A DNA stretch of 64,000 nucleotides from the NCBI GenBank assembly GCA_913009335.1, contig CAJVXN010000004.1:2349-66348 (forward strand), written 5' to 3'. Both the position numbers and the translations under genes were made by a program. Under the pieces are notes generated by a model. That model ran no database searches and was not told where the DNA came from. It was given only the letters and a program-made list of their open reading frames with translations. Positions 28,338 to 38,548 of the stretch are shown in pieces. Within the stretch, counting starts at the first letter, position 1. The number at the start of each line of letters is the position of its first letter. Source of the stretch: an uncultured bacterium. Lineage in GTDB: Bacteria > Omnitrophota > Gorgyraeia > Ghiorseimicrobiales > Ghiorseimicrobiaceae.

Positions 28338-29320
28338 GAGCTTTCTGTGTAATAAACGTTAGAATAAAGATCCTTACTATTAGGAAAATCGCTATTTTTT
28401 GCAAATCTTACAGCACTATCTATTTCTTCCTCAATCTTAGAACGAATTATATTTAATTTTTCTCTTGTTGCTATTTTATTTTTTAAAATATAATTCTCTA
28501 TTCTCTTGACAGGACATCGCTTCATCCAAGACTCAAGCTCAACGAGCGGACGGCATCCTTTATCAAAATCACAATCCGGTCCTACATGAGCTTTCCAGCG
28601 ATAGGTTCTACATTCAAGAATAAACGGCCCTGAGCCATGACGTATTTTTTTAATTAGTTTAGATGCTTTATCTATCATACTAATTGCATCGTTACCATCA
28701 CAACGTACACCCTTTATCCCGAATGCCTCTCCTCTCTTGTAAATGTTATCTAAAGGCTGCCTTGCCGAGAGCGGAGAATTTGTGGCATAAAAATTATTCT
28801 CGCAGACAAACAAAATAGGTAGTTTTTTTAGGGCGGCAAAGTTTAGGCTCTCATAAAAAACACCCTGCTCTACAGCACCGTCTCCGAAAAAAACAACCGC
28901 GATATTTTTGGTTTTTTTAAGTTTTAAACTTAAAGCAGCTCCTGTTGCCAACGGTATCCCCCCGCCGACAATAGCAGACGTAGCAAAGATCCCGCGCTCA
29001 GGACTTACCAGATGCATAGACCCACCCTTACCACTGCAACAACCTGTATCTTTACCATAAAGCTCCGCCATTATTGATTGAAGCTCTAATCCTTTAGCGA
29101 TACAATGCCCATGAGACCGATGATTACTAAAAACAATGTCTTCTTTTTTTAAATAATAGCAAACACTACTTGCTATTGCTTCCTGACCGATACACAGATG
29201 AACCGGCGTCTTAATCTCCTGCTCAGGATAGAGCATGACAATCCTCTCTTCAAAGAGGCGTATCTTCTGCATTATAAAATAGACATTTAGTAAATCGCTA
29301 TTTTTAATTTTTCCTGCCAC
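28319..29320 (-). CDS. TPP-dependent dehydrogenase-like E1 alpha subunit
   Basis: HLCIGQEA, HRSHGH, GKGGSMH, GDGA...NN TPP-binding motif, TYRW..H. Confidence 0.92.
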   Translation of the reverse strand: MAGKIKNSDLLNVYFIMQKIRLFEERIVMLYPEQEIKTPVHLCIGQEAIASSVCYYLKKEDIVFSNHRSHGHCIAKGLELQSIMAELYGKDTGCCSGKGGSMHLVSPERGIFATSAIVGGGIPLATGAALSLKLKKTKNIAVVFFGDGAVEQGVFYESLNFAALKKLPILFVCENNFYATNSPLSARQPLDNIYKRGEAFGIKGVRCDGNDAISMIDKASKLIKKIRHGSGPFILECRTYRWKAHVGPDCDFDKGCRPLVELESWMKRCPVKRIENYILKNKIATREKLNIIRSKIEEEIDSAVRFAKNSDFPNSKDLYSNVYYTESSCPGQK

Positions 29321-29349
29321 GAAAAACTCCTTAGAACTTAACGGCTATA

Positions 29350-30420
29350 TTATATAAAATTAACATGCGCTCCCGGATTTTTTAATTCCCAGAGGTAACT
29401 ATTGATCTTATCCAAGCGGCAGACATCTCTGCAACGAGAAGTATCTAATTTTAAAGCTGCTACTCTTATAATTTCTCTTCTTCGTCTACCCCCGATTATA
29501 TTATTAAAATCAGTTCGATAAATATTACCGGAGCAAAATTCTTTTTTCCCTAAAAAAGTACTACAGGCATAGACATCCCCGCAAGCACTAATATATGCCC
29601 AAAACGGCAGACCGAGACAATGCTTATAATCTTTATCACTATCCAATCTTTGCATTGTCTGAGATCTAAAAATAATCCTAAATTTATCACTCTGAATTTT
29701 ATTTAATTTAGCACTCATAACAGAATAATTCTTATATTCCAAAACAGGTTTAATATGTGTAATGCTTAAAGGGTGCTGCGAATATGGCTTGATTGTTAAA
29801 TAATCTACTCCGATATCTTTTAGTAATTTCGCTAATATAAAAACTTCCTTGATATTTTCCTTAAGAAGTAATAATTGTACGCCTATTGTAACGGCTAGCT
29901 TATATCTATTTTTAATTTTTACCGCAGCTTCTAAATTCTGCAATACTTCGCTAAAGTCATTTTTTCCGGTATTGTGAATCTTCGAATAAGTGCTACTGCG
30001 CCCCGCATTCAAACTTACCCTAACCCAACTTAAAGACTTTAATATTTCTTTAGATAGATCACGTTTTAACAAGACACCGTTAGTAGTAACTGCGACGTCG
30101 ATTCCGCACCCTTTTGTATAACTGATAATTTTAGCAATATCTTTATGCAATAGAGGCTCGCCTTCCCCGGCGTACATAATACTCTTAACGCCTAAGATAC
30201 CAGCTTGCTTAACCGCAGACTTTAATACTTTTTCCTCTAAAAATTTGGGTTTATAGTCCAAATAGTCAAGCGCGCAAAATATGCATCTATGGTTGCAAGT
30301 TCCCGAAGGAGCAATCTCCAAATATATCGGGCAAATTATTTTTCCCTTCAACCAATCACTTACTCTATCTACATGCAGCATTAACTTATGACTATCTATT
30401 CTAAAATTATTCTTCATCAC
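29350..30420 (-). CDS. Radical SAM/SPASM protein (paralogue of 25395-26498)
   Basis: CNHRCIFC, GEGEPLLH, C-terminal CLG...YAC...CRDVCR; both paralogues end in H.NFI. Confidence 0.9.
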   Translation of the reverse strand: MMKNNFRIDSHKLMLHVDRVSDWLKGKIICPIYLEIAPSGTCNHRCIFCALDYLDYKPKFLEEKVLKSAVKQAGILGVKSIMYAGEGEPLLHKDIAKIISYTKGCGIDVAVTTNGVLLKRDLSKEILKSLSWVRVSLNAGRSSTYSKIHNTGKNDFSEVLQNLEAAVKIKNRYKLAVTIGVQLLLLKENIKEVFILAKLLKDIGVDYLTIKPYSQHPLSITHIKPVLEYKNYSVMSAKLNKIQSDKFRIIFRSQTMQRLDSDKDYKHCLGLPFWAYISACGDVYACSTFLGKKEFCSGNIYRTDFNNIIGGRRRREIIRVAALKLDTSRCRDVCRLDKINSYLWELKNPGAHVNFI

Positions 30421-31358
30421 CGCTTTTCCTTAACAGGTAATAAATCAACAACAGCATCTCTAATCTCACTAGGACTAATAAGCTCCATGCATTGCTTCTT
30501 CTGCTTGCAGGTAGAATTAAGGCAAGGAACACATTTATAATTAACTCTTGGAATAATCTTGACTCCCCGCTTATAAAGGAATACTTCCTTAGACGATGTC
30601 GGGCCGAAAAGAACAATAATTTTTTTCTTAAGAGCTACCGCCAAATGCATGCCCAAGCTATCATTAGTTATAATAAGGCGGCATGACTTAATCCAATCTA
30701 TATATTCATATAGATTATTTAAGCCTTTTTGCCAGGAAATAGCATACCCCTTCTTTAAACTCCGCTCTAAGTCTTTCCAGTACTTTTTGGGCCATGATTT
30801 ATTAGGCCATTTATCGCCAACAGCCCAATTAAACCCGATATCATATTTTACAGCAGATTTAGACTTATACCCAAGGATATACTCGTCTCTTTCTTTCCAT
30901 TTTTTATCGATCATCGAAGCTAATGCATCTTGCCAAAATTTAAAGTTCTCTTTTTTCTCCTGAAGATCCAAACATAAACTTAAAACTTTTTCTGCCCCAT
31001 CATAAGCCTGAGCAATACCTTTATCGGCATCAAATCGAAAACCAAATCTTCTCCAGGCATTAATAGAATCTGAAAATGCGCAAATTCCCGGCCCTTTTTC
31101 CAGGTTAATAACCGTATCAAAGCGCTCCCGCTGTAATTGCAAAACTGACTCCAGATTAAAAACTAAAATACGCTGAATAAACGGATTGTTTTCCAGGAGA
31201 GCATAAGCCTTTTCATCTACAAGCCAGCTAACTTTATCGGACTTAAAATAATTCAAAATTACCGTTGTCCGTAAAACATCTCCCAGGCTCGTTGTTGCGC
31301 CTATGTCTCCATCCAGTGTCTCTGAATAGCCTAACTTTATAATCAAAACCTTTGCCAT
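30417..31358 (-). CDS. Glycosyltransferase family 9 (heptosyltransferase-like)
   Basis: LGDVLRTT, K.WP, ITNDSLGMHLAVAL, LFGPT, CVPC. Confidence 0.9.
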   Translation of the reverse strand: MAKVLIIKLGYSETLDGDIGATTSLGDVLRTTVILNYFKSDKVSWLVDEKAYALLENNPFIQRILVFNLESVLQLQRERFDTVINLEKGPGICAFSDSINAWRRFGFRFDADKGIAQAYDGAEKVLSLCLDLQEKKENFKFWQDALASMIDKKWKERDEYILGYKSKSAVKYDIGFNWAVGDKWPNKSWPKKYWKDLERSLKKGYAISWQKGLNNLYEYIDWIKSCRLIITNDSLGMHLAVALKKKIIVLFGPTSSKEVFLYKRGVKIIPRVNYKCVPCLNSTCKQKKQCMELISPSEIRDAVVDLLPVKEKR

Positions 31359-31400
31359 GCCTCACCTCGATTCTAAAAATACTACCTCGCATAAACCCGA

Positions 31401-33353
31401 CTAATCAATTTTAATATTCCCTAAGATTACCCGACCAAGATTATCTATTGTTTTAGCATCCAAAACTGGCAATACTGCTCTATTCGCTAATGCAAACAAC
31501 CCTACTCTTATCCGATATTCTCCGCTCTTTAAACCAGAAGGAAGGGAAATATAATAATGTTCTCTGATAACTTGTTGTTCTGGCATATCTTTAGACGGAT
31601 AAACTCCATAAGCAAATGTATGTGTTTTCGTAAAACTCAGATTACCATTTGCATCTAAAAAATGTATAAAAAAACCTAATTCTCCGGGCCCTATTTTTAT
31701 AGATTCCCAATAATAAGCAAAATGCAAAATCCTATCACCATCCATATTCATCTCATCAACATCATACCCTAAAAAAGTAAGCTGGCCCGCTATATTAACA
31801 TGCATGGGATTATCAATATCTTCCTCGCTTGCCATTTCAACCAATTTATGTCCGGAAGGATAATTTTTTTTAAATAATATAATATCATCAACAGCCCCCA
31901 TAACCTTCCAGCCCCCATCCTCTAAAAAAGAACGAATATTATCCGGGGCTTGCGTCGGGAAGAAAGAATTACGCATCAGGGGCTCATTAAAATCTATTAA
32001 AGCATATTCTAAGCCTGAAGGGGGCTGATAAGCTACATTCGTATACATTCTAAATCCTGTTGAAACCAAATGCATTGACGATAAATCATGTCGATGAGCC
32101 AGTTGTGGTAAAAACTGAAAAGTTGAAATAACAGACGCCTCCCGGGGAATCATCTCAATCAACTTTTTCTTTTGCCGCGCTAAATCATTAATCTGATATC
32201 TCTTTATATAGTTGAGGAAATAAAACTGCGGCGCTTTTAAAGAAATACTAAAGCTTGCGCAGATTACAACAAATACAAAAAGCAGTAAAATGCGATATTT
32301 ATAAACTCTATTATAATTCAACAGCCTCTTAAATGCAAATACTACAGATACGAATATAAAAGGGATAATTAAGGCAGTGTAGTGATAATAAATTTTTGTA
32401 TGTGTCGCAACCGATGATAACAAATTTTGCAAAAAAACAGGGAAAGCAATCAATAAAACCGCGGGGCTTAAAAACCCGATAAAACCTGCGGGTGAAAATA
32501 AATCATATATATAAAATAGCTTTTCTGCAGTAAAGGCATACCTAATAGTTAATACAGGATGCATAATTATTGTTTTTGCCATATCAAAAATATTATCCCC
32601 AAGGTGCCGATAGTACGCAGTAAACATAAATCCTTCATTATACAATTTTGCATCCTTGGCAAAATAAGGTATGATAATTTTTACTGCCGTAAAAAACCAA
32701 ACAACGCCTAATATTAACGGTGTCAAAATCCACCTTTTTGATCTTTTTCGAATAAAGGCGTAGATACCAAACATAAAAACAACAAAACTGACATTTTCCT
32801 TACAACTCAAGGCCAATAAGATAAATATTAAAAATTTACTGAATTTCTCCTTCTCAAAATAATATAACGCAAAAAAAAGGAAGAATATCACATATATTTC
32901 AAAATGTGATTCAAAAAGATTCATAAAACCTACCGGTGGATATAATAGATAGACCAGACTTATCATCAAAGCGAAAACTCTATTTAATTTCGATTTAGCC
33001 AAGAGATACAAAGGATACGCCGCCAGGCCTAAGAATAAACTTTGTAAAAACAGAATTGCTAATGGATGCTGAAAAATCATATAGACGGGAATAAGCAGGA
33101 GAATGATCAAATAAATGTGAGCGCCGAAAATGCTTTGCTCGAGAAAAGGATAATAAAATATTTTACCATGAATGCTATTCCAAAGTACGGATATATCACT
33201 GGCAAAATCCCAATCATAATAACCAAAAGAATAATATTTCAAGAAAGAAAGATAGCTGAAAATAATAGCGTACAAACTTATAAATACCCAGATTATTTTA
33301 TCGGCAAACCTCTCACAAAACTTATCAACTATCTTCACGAATTTCTTCTCCAT
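31401..33353 (-). CDS. DUF2079-like polytopic membrane protein (GT-C fold) with a C-terminal extracytoplasmic Ig-like domain
   Basis: Many TM segments; LFLQSLFL, YLLYP, CKE and YHY motifs. Confidence 0.75.
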   Translation of the reverse strand: MEKKFVKIVDKFCERFADKIIWVFISLYAIIFSYLSFLKYYSFGYYDWDFASDISVLWNSIHGKIFYYPFLEQSIFGAHIYLIILLLIPVYMIFQHPLAILFLQSLFLGLAAYPLYLLAKSKLNRVFALMISLVYLLYPPVGFMNLFESHFEIYVIFFLFFALYYFEKEKFSKFLIFILLALSCKENVSFVVFMFGIYAFIRKRSKRWILTPLILGVVWFFTAVKIIIPYFAKDAKLYNEGFMFTAYYRHLGDNIFDMAKTIIMHPVLTIRYAFTAEKLFYIYDLFSPAGFIGFLSPAVLLIAFPVFLQNLLSSVATHTKIYYHYTALIIPFIFVSVVFAFKRLLNYNRVYKYRILLLFVFVVICASFSISLKAPQFYFLNYIKRYQINDLARQKKKLIEMIPREASVISTFQFLPQLAHRHDLSSMHLVSTGFRMYTNVAYQPPSGLEYALIDFNEPLMRNSFFPTQAPDNIRSFLEDGGWKVMGAVDDIILFKKNYPSGHKLVEMASEEDIDNPMHVNIAGQLTFLGYDVDEMNMDGDRILHFAYYWESIKIGPGELGFFIHFLDANGNLSFTKTHTFAYGVYPSKDMPEQQVIREHYYISLPSGLKSGEYRIRVGLFALANRAVLPVLDAKTIDNLGRVILGNIKID

Positions 33354-35587
33354 CTAAATACCCAATAGCTAAATATTGTAGCCGAACCTAAAAGACCCGC
33401 CAAAAGACAAAACAGGCCAAATTTATAAAATCTTGGATCATATACAAAACGCACTATATGGCTGCCCTTATCAATAATGACGGATTTAAAAGCAATATTA
33501 GTCTTATATACCTTCCCCTCGTTTCCGTCAATAAATACCCGCCAGCCCTTATCAAAACCATCACTATAATAAAGAAAGCTATCTTCATCCGCATAAACAT
33601 CTATAACTATTTCATTAGGATTAAACGTTGTTACCTCAATCTTGCCGCCTGGGGCACCTCTACTATCTAAACTACCAAAATCTCTTTTTAAGTGAGCGTA
33701 TTTAAACGGTATGGCTTCTTCAATAAATACGACGTCCTTTAAGGTATTTGCATCCATCCCCTGTAACTCTTCAATTATTTTATTAGGAGAGGTAACTATA
33801 GCACTACGGACAAGACGGAGTTTAGGAACAGATATACCCATAATAATATCTTTGACCTCACCTGAGACCCGTGAGCTGTTTATAAATGTATAAAAATCTT
33901 TCATTTCATAAAAATGCGTTGACCTCCGGGGAATCCTAATGCTATAGGCATTAAATATCTTACGCATTGCCGGGCCAAAGGCATAGGGATACGGTTTCGG
34001 AAAAAACTCTGGTAAACGGTAATCTTCATAAGCTATCTTACTGTTCGAAGGGAAAGCCGTATAATCGCGAGGCATAGTTGTAAATTTATAAATGGTATGA
34101 TTAACCATAAGCAAATCAATAAGGATAAAAAATATTATTACAAAATATTTAATATTTATATTAATCCGCGGCCTTGTTAATAGCGGGAAGATAATAACAG
34201 TCCCAACAACGAATATAAGAATATTGAGCGCTGAACGAAAATAGATAGTGAAAAATGTATGGATCGACCCCTTAATAAAAAACATAGAATTGCTGGCAGA
34301 AAGAGAGCATATTTTAAGCAAAGGCAAAAAGATGTTAAAAAGATGGTTATTTATCAATAAAGACAAAAGACAGATGAAACTGACAGAAAAAATAATCGGC
34401 ATTTTATAAAATCCGATTTTAGACGTATGCAGCCAATCCATTACTACATCCGCACCAATACAGGTAAAAAAAACTAAGCAAAAAATATAAAACACGCCAA
34501 AGGTATGCATATTCCTGATTATGGAAAAGAAGGGGAAAAACTTAGTGAATAATTGATATACAGGATATCCATCTCCCAACATCAATAATTCAATAATGAT
34601 AGCTGTAAATAGAAAACCTAATTTATATTTGTGCCGGGAAAAACATAATCCAATAATAGCGAATAACAAAGGGATTAAACCGATATATAAGAAAGATTCG
34701 GACATAGAATACCAGTTAGAAAAATGCAACATAAAAGAATAAGGAACTAATAAACTGAAGAAATCAGTAGGAAGTGAATATGCCCCCGAAGGAATTTCAA
34801 AAATTCGTACTACTGGAATAACATTATGCGTATATGTTAAATAGACAGGCAGTAATCTTATCGTCAAAAGAATAAATATAAAAAATCCTCCAAGGCAAAC
34901 CTTATAATTCTTAAGAAACATAGTAAATTTTGGCGCGGGCAGTGCGCGGGATAAAAAGATGCACATTAAAAGAACGCTAACAGAAGAAATAATGAACATT
35001 GCATGATAGGAAGGAAGCGCTACTCCTAAGAGAAAAACCGTACTCAAAAAAAATTTTGGTTTTTGCTGTTCTAAGAATTTCAGGATAGACAATAAAATCA
35101 GCGGCATAAGATAAAATGCTAAAATGAAGGCATGCTGCTTTAAATATGAAACAGCCAAAGATGAAAAAGATAGACTTATAAAAGCGATAAAAGCGCTAAT
35201 TTTATATTTTGCCACATGCCTAAAAAATAAATAGCCACCGCATATAAAAATTATATACCGCAACAATAAATCATAGTGATAAAGAACAAGGGTATCAATT
35301 TTTACGAATTTTCCTATAAAGATTAAAAAAAGTGTTGTTATATCTAAAAGATGCAATATGTTAATATTTAAAAAAAATATCTCTCCGCAGTTCATAAAAG
35401 GATTCCAAAGAGGCAAGAAACCCTGATGTAAGCAATCTACAAAATATGAAAATATCCCATACCAAATAATACTATCATGACTAACCATTAACTTGTTAGT
35501 CACCCATAACTGCCGTTGTGCAATAATCAATACAACAATAACAGCGACAACTCCAAAGACTTCCTTAAGTTTTTTATTAATTATCAT
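33335..35587 (-). CDS. YfhO-family/GT-C polytopic membrane protein
   Basis: PLWNPFMNCG, LYIGLIPL; C-terminal GWRVFIDG...G.H.V.F.YDP. Confidence 0.8.
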   Translation of the reverse strand: MIINKKLKEVFGVVAVIVVLIIAQRQLWVTNKLMVSHDSIIWYGIFSYFVDCLHQGFLPLWNPFMNCGEIFFLNINILHLLDITTLFLIFIGKFVKIDTLVLYHYDLLLRYIIFICGGYLFFRHVAKYKISAFIAFISLSFSSLAVSYLKQHAFILAFYLMPLILLSILKFLEQQKPKFFLSTVFLLGVALPSYHAMFIISSVSVLLMCIFLSRALPAPKFTMFLKNYKVCLGGFFIFILLTIRLLPVYLTYTHNVIPVVRIFEIPSGAYSLPTDFFSLLVPYSFMLHFSNWYSMSESFLYIGLIPLLFAIIGLCFSRHKYKLGFLFTAIIIELLMLGDGYPVYQLFTKFFPFFSIIRNMHTFGVFYIFCLVFFTCIGADVVMDWLHTSKIGFYKMPIIFSVSFICLLSLLINNHLFNIFLPLLKICSLSASNSMFFIKGSIHTFFTIYFRSALNILIFVVGTVIIFPLLTRPRININIKYFVIIFFILIDLLMVNHTIYKFTTMPRDYTAFPSNSKIAYEDYRLPEFFPKPYPYAFGPAMRKIFNAYSIRIPRRSTHFYEMKDFYTFINSSRVSGEVKDIIMGISVPKLRLVRSAIVTSPNKIIEELQGMDANTLKDVVFIEEAIPFKYAHLKRDFGSLDSRGAPGGKIEVTTFNPNEIVIDVYADEDSFLYYSDGFDKGWRVFIDGNEGKVYKTNIAFKSVIIDKGSHIVRFVYDPRFYKFGLFCLLAGLLGSATIFSYWVFRWRRNS

Positions 35588-35589
35588 GG

Positions 35590-37050
35590 CTAAATGAATA
35601 CTCTAACTAAGGATGCTAGTAACCTAAATGCCAGTCGAGCAAGGCTGAACCATTCACCGGGTCTTAAATACCACCGGGGAGGAAGATAAAACCATCCGGC
35701 CGGACCTATTCTTTTAATCAAAAGTCTGAAAACTCTATTTGGCCTTAAAGAAAAAAATAAGTTAGCCTTAATTACATCATTTCTGAGCGTTTTTTCATCG
35801 CATGTTACAGGCACATAAGGTAATTTTGCTTCTGTGGAGGAATCCTGAACCAAGCTCGCGCAGGCATTTAAATTAGTCCATCCTTTTTCTATGAAAAGTC
35901 TGCCTTCTTCTTTTGCGATTTCGTACAATCTGGTGCCCGGATAAGGGGTAGCATTATTAAACCTGACATAATCCAAATCTAACTCTTTGGCTAATCTATA
36001 AGCGCTCCATCTTTCCTGCCTGGTCTCAGTAGGCAAGCCAAAGATAAAAGTACCCGATACGCCAAATCCGTGTTTTTTTGCCAGTTTTACCGCATCAATA
36101 TTTTGCTGGACAGTCTCTTTTTTATTCAATATAACCATTAATCGTTCCGATGCTGTCTCGAGTCCAAAATTGATTAATCTAAACCCGGCTTTTTTCAATA
36201 AAACAAGCACTTCATCATTAACAGCATCCGCTCTAGTCTGACAATCAAAAGTTGCCTTTTCATAAAATCTTTTTTTGATCATGCTTTCACATAACTCTTT
36301 AATCCTAGATTTATTAACCGTAAAATTATCATCAACAAAATTAATATGTGTCTGCTGGTATTTATCCAACAAAATGGTAATTCCATCGATTACGGTTTGT
36401 GTAGGTATATAGCGAAATTCCTGACCTGAAATACTCCTTTGACTGCAAAATATGCAATCATAAGGGCATCCGCGGGAACTGGACATAAAACCAAAATTAT
36501 ATTTATCTATATGCCGCTCAAATAAATGGTAAGGAAAAGGCGGAATTTTGCTTAAATCCGGAAGGCGCGCCGGAGGATTATGAACCACTTTTCCATTTTG
36601 CTTAAACGATATTCCGTTTATATTTGAATAATCACCTTTATTCTTAATCGCTTCGTAGAGTTCGGCAATAATCTCTTCACCTTCGCTCCTTACTAAAAAG
36701 TCGACGTCATTGCTTCCTAAAACTTCATTCGGTAAAACTGTAGGATGAATACCACCCAGAATAACCTTGGCCTCAGGATACATTTTTTTAACTAGCCCGG
36801 ATATCTCAAGACTCCTGCTAGCGCAGGCTGTAAGAGTAGAAATACCGACAACATAAGGTGCGGAAGATAATTTGAAAACCTCGCTTAATACTTTTTCTGA
36901 AATAGGCGTTATATGCTCATCGATAATTTCAACCTTCTCATTCTGACCCAATAGATAACCAGCTAAATAACCCATGCCAATCGGTACACTCAGGGGTACG
37001 TATTTCTCAAAAATACCAAATTTAGTTGATCTTGGATTTATTAAAATCAT
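35590..37050 (-). CDS. B12-binding radical SAM protein (class B methyltransferase-like)
   Basis: GGIHPT, SRGCPYDCIFC, DDNF, GLETAS, FIFGLPTET, TPYPGT. Confidence 0.92.
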   Translation of the reverse strand: MILINPRSTKFGIFEKYVPLSVPIGMGYLAGYLLGQNEKVEIIDEHITPISEKVLSEVFKLSSAPYVVGISTLTACASRSLEISGLVKKMYPEAKVILGGIHPTVLPNEVLGSNDVDFLVRSEGEEIIAELYEAIKNKGDYSNINGISFKQNGKVVHNPPARLPDLSKIPPFPYHLFERHIDKYNFGFMSSSRGCPYDCIFCSQRSISGQEFRYIPTQTVIDGITILLDKYQQTHINFVDDNFTVNKSRIKELCESMIKKRFYEKATFDCQTRADAVNDEVLVLLKKAGFRLINFGLETASERLMVILNKKETVQQNIDAVKLAKKHGFGVSGTFIFGLPTETRQERWSAYRLAKELDLDYVRFNNATPYPGTRLYEIAKEEGRLFIEKGWTNLNACASLVQDSSTEAKLPYVPVTCDEKTLRNDVIKANLFFSLRPNRVFRLLIKRIGPAGWFYLPPRWYLRPGEWFSLARLAFRLLASLVRVFI

Positions 37051-37143
37051 AATAGCTAAAAAATATTATTATTCTCAAAACACAAATATGAATTTTTGCA
37101 AAATGAATCTTACCGGCCTAAACCTTGAGGTTTTTCCATGGTG

Positions 37144-37184
37144 AAATAAAGCCCCTGATCAGATAAACTTACAGGGGCTTTATT
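37144..37184 (-). terminator. Rho-independent terminator after the small basic protein
   Basis: AAATAAAGCCCCTG...CAGGGGCTTTATTT inverted repeat. Confidence 0.75.
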
Positions 37185-37215
37185 TAGTTCCTGCAAATAA
37201 CAGAAAAACAAAGAC

Positions 37216-37467
37216 TTATCTTTTTTTCTTCTTCTTTTTCTTACCGCCTCTTACCATCTTGGCAGCGGAAATATCACCCTGTTTGTCAACAAAGTAAAGA
37301 TAACCCTTTTCCTTCTCTATACCTACCTTTGCAACAAGTGTAGGTTTACCGCCTTTTTTCTTACCACGAGCCATCTTTGCGCGGGATACATTACCTTTCT
37401 TATCCACAAAGTAAAGATAACCATCTTCTCTTTTTATTCCCACTTTCGCTACTTTCTTTTTCGCCAT
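37216..37467 (-). CDS. Small, very basic protein with two tandem repeats of about 38 aa
   Basis: VAKVGI..E.GYLYFVDK.G..S.AKM.RG occurs twice, followed by a poly-Lys tail; SD GGAGGTGA; own terminator. Confidence 0.85.
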   Translation of the reverse strand: MAKKKVAKVGIKREDGYLYFVDKKGNVSRAKMARGKKKGGKPTLVAKVGIEKEKGYLYFVDKQGDISAAKMVRGGKKKKKKKR

Positions 37468-37483
37468 GCTTCTTCACCTCCCC

Positions 37484-37601
37484 TCAATGAGACCATAACT
37501 TACGTAGCTCAAGCGTTCGTAAGTTATCTGGTCGAATTGACCCCGAAGTTTAATCGAAAATTGTTGAAAAGAATTTTCGATTGCTTAAACAAGGGGTAAA
37601 T
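37484..37601. repeat. Structured element (family A variant) directly upstream of an SD
   Basis: TCAATGAG-stem-CGAATTGA-CCCC-stem-GGGGTAAAT; same scaffold as 46519-46685. Confidence 0.8.
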
Positions 37602-37626
37602 CACGCATATCAAACTAACCACCTAA

Positions 37627-38412
37627 TTATGTTCCAACTCTGACGCTATTAAAAATCTGCTTAAGTGTTGCAATGGCTGAAAGCACTGCCAAATAACTTG
37701 TCTTCGGATTAGCCGGTGTCGGGACATTTTCTGTACGGGTCAATATTTTGCCTGCGGATGAAATAATTTCGATTTCATGCATATTACGCCTGTATTCAGG
37801 CGAAGCAATGATACGCACAACAATATTTTTAACACCTCCTGCGGCCAAGCTTAAAGCTACGGCAACATTAATATTTTTAGGAAACTTCTTTACAGCCTCT
37901 TTAACACTACCCTTAAAAATCATTGTTTCTTTTTTAATATTAGAAAAACGCTCCGGCAATGATCTAGGCGGTTTGCGCGTAGTAAGCGTAATACTTTTAA
38001 TATTCGATAGCGATAACGCTTTAAGTCCATCCAAGCCGCAAATTGCCCCTGAAGGAAGATACACAGAAACTCCTTTTTTCCGGGCATAAGAAAAAATCTT
38101 CTCCTTACCTAACAACCCCCCCACGCTCATAACCAAAATATCACAATCAGACGATATGGCTTTTTTAGCTATTTCTGCAGAGACAGCCGCTGAAGCTGCC
38201 TCAATGATAAAATCACTTTTCTTAATCAAACTACCCAAGTTAAGATTTGGCACATTTTTTCTTAATTTTGCTTGTAGTTTTCGAATAGCATCTGGATTGC
38301 TATCACAGATACCTATCAGGCGCGCGTTTTTGGCAAATTTAGTCTCAATAGTTTTAGCAATAATAGAGCCAATCGCCCCACAACCAACTATACCAACCTT
38401 TAATTTTTTCAT
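37627..38412 (-). CDS. nadX: L-aspartate dehydrogenase
   Basis: GIVGCGAIG, IEAAS, PSGAICGLD, FPKNINVA, NPKTSYLA. Confidence 0.92.
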   Translation of the reverse strand: MKKLKVGIVGCGAIGSIIAKTIETKFAKNARLIGICDSNPDAIRKLQAKLRKNVPNLNLGSLIKKSDFIIEAASAAVSAEIAKKAISSDCDILVMSVGGLLGKEKIFSYARKKGVSVYLPSGAICGLDGLKALSLSNIKSITLTTRKPPRSLPERFSNIKKETMIFKGSVKEAVKKFPKNINVAVALSLAAGGVKNIVVRIIASPEYRRNMHEIEIISSAGKILTRTENVPTPANPKTSYLAVLSAIATLKQIFNSVRVGT

Positions 38413-38420
38413 AATAAGAG

Positions 38421-38548
38421 TAAATTCTAAAAACAAAATACTAAATCCTAAATAAATTCTAATTCCTAAATTATAAACAAAAAAATCTTTTATTTTGGTT
38501 TAACATTTTGAAATTATTTAGAATTTCGAGTTTTAAATTTCGAATTTA
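38421..38548. repeat. AT-rich heptamer-array hairpin, family E copy 1; supplies the last codons and stop of folK-panC
   Basis: (T/G)AAATTC-like 7-mers on the left arm, inverted on the right arm; similar to 39801-39924. Confidence 0.75.

Noticed and set aside
27300-29320. Housekeeping pyruvate dehydrogenase (pdhA/pdhB)
   Set aside because: No E2/E3 genes are adjacent and the pair is embedded among glycosylation genes, so gene symbols were withheld.
37484-37540. TGAG-stem-CGAA as a hammerhead ribozyme core
   Set aside because: The CUGANGA and GAAA consensus and the three-way junction are missing; the motif sits in a continuous helix and reads on the non-transcribed strand.
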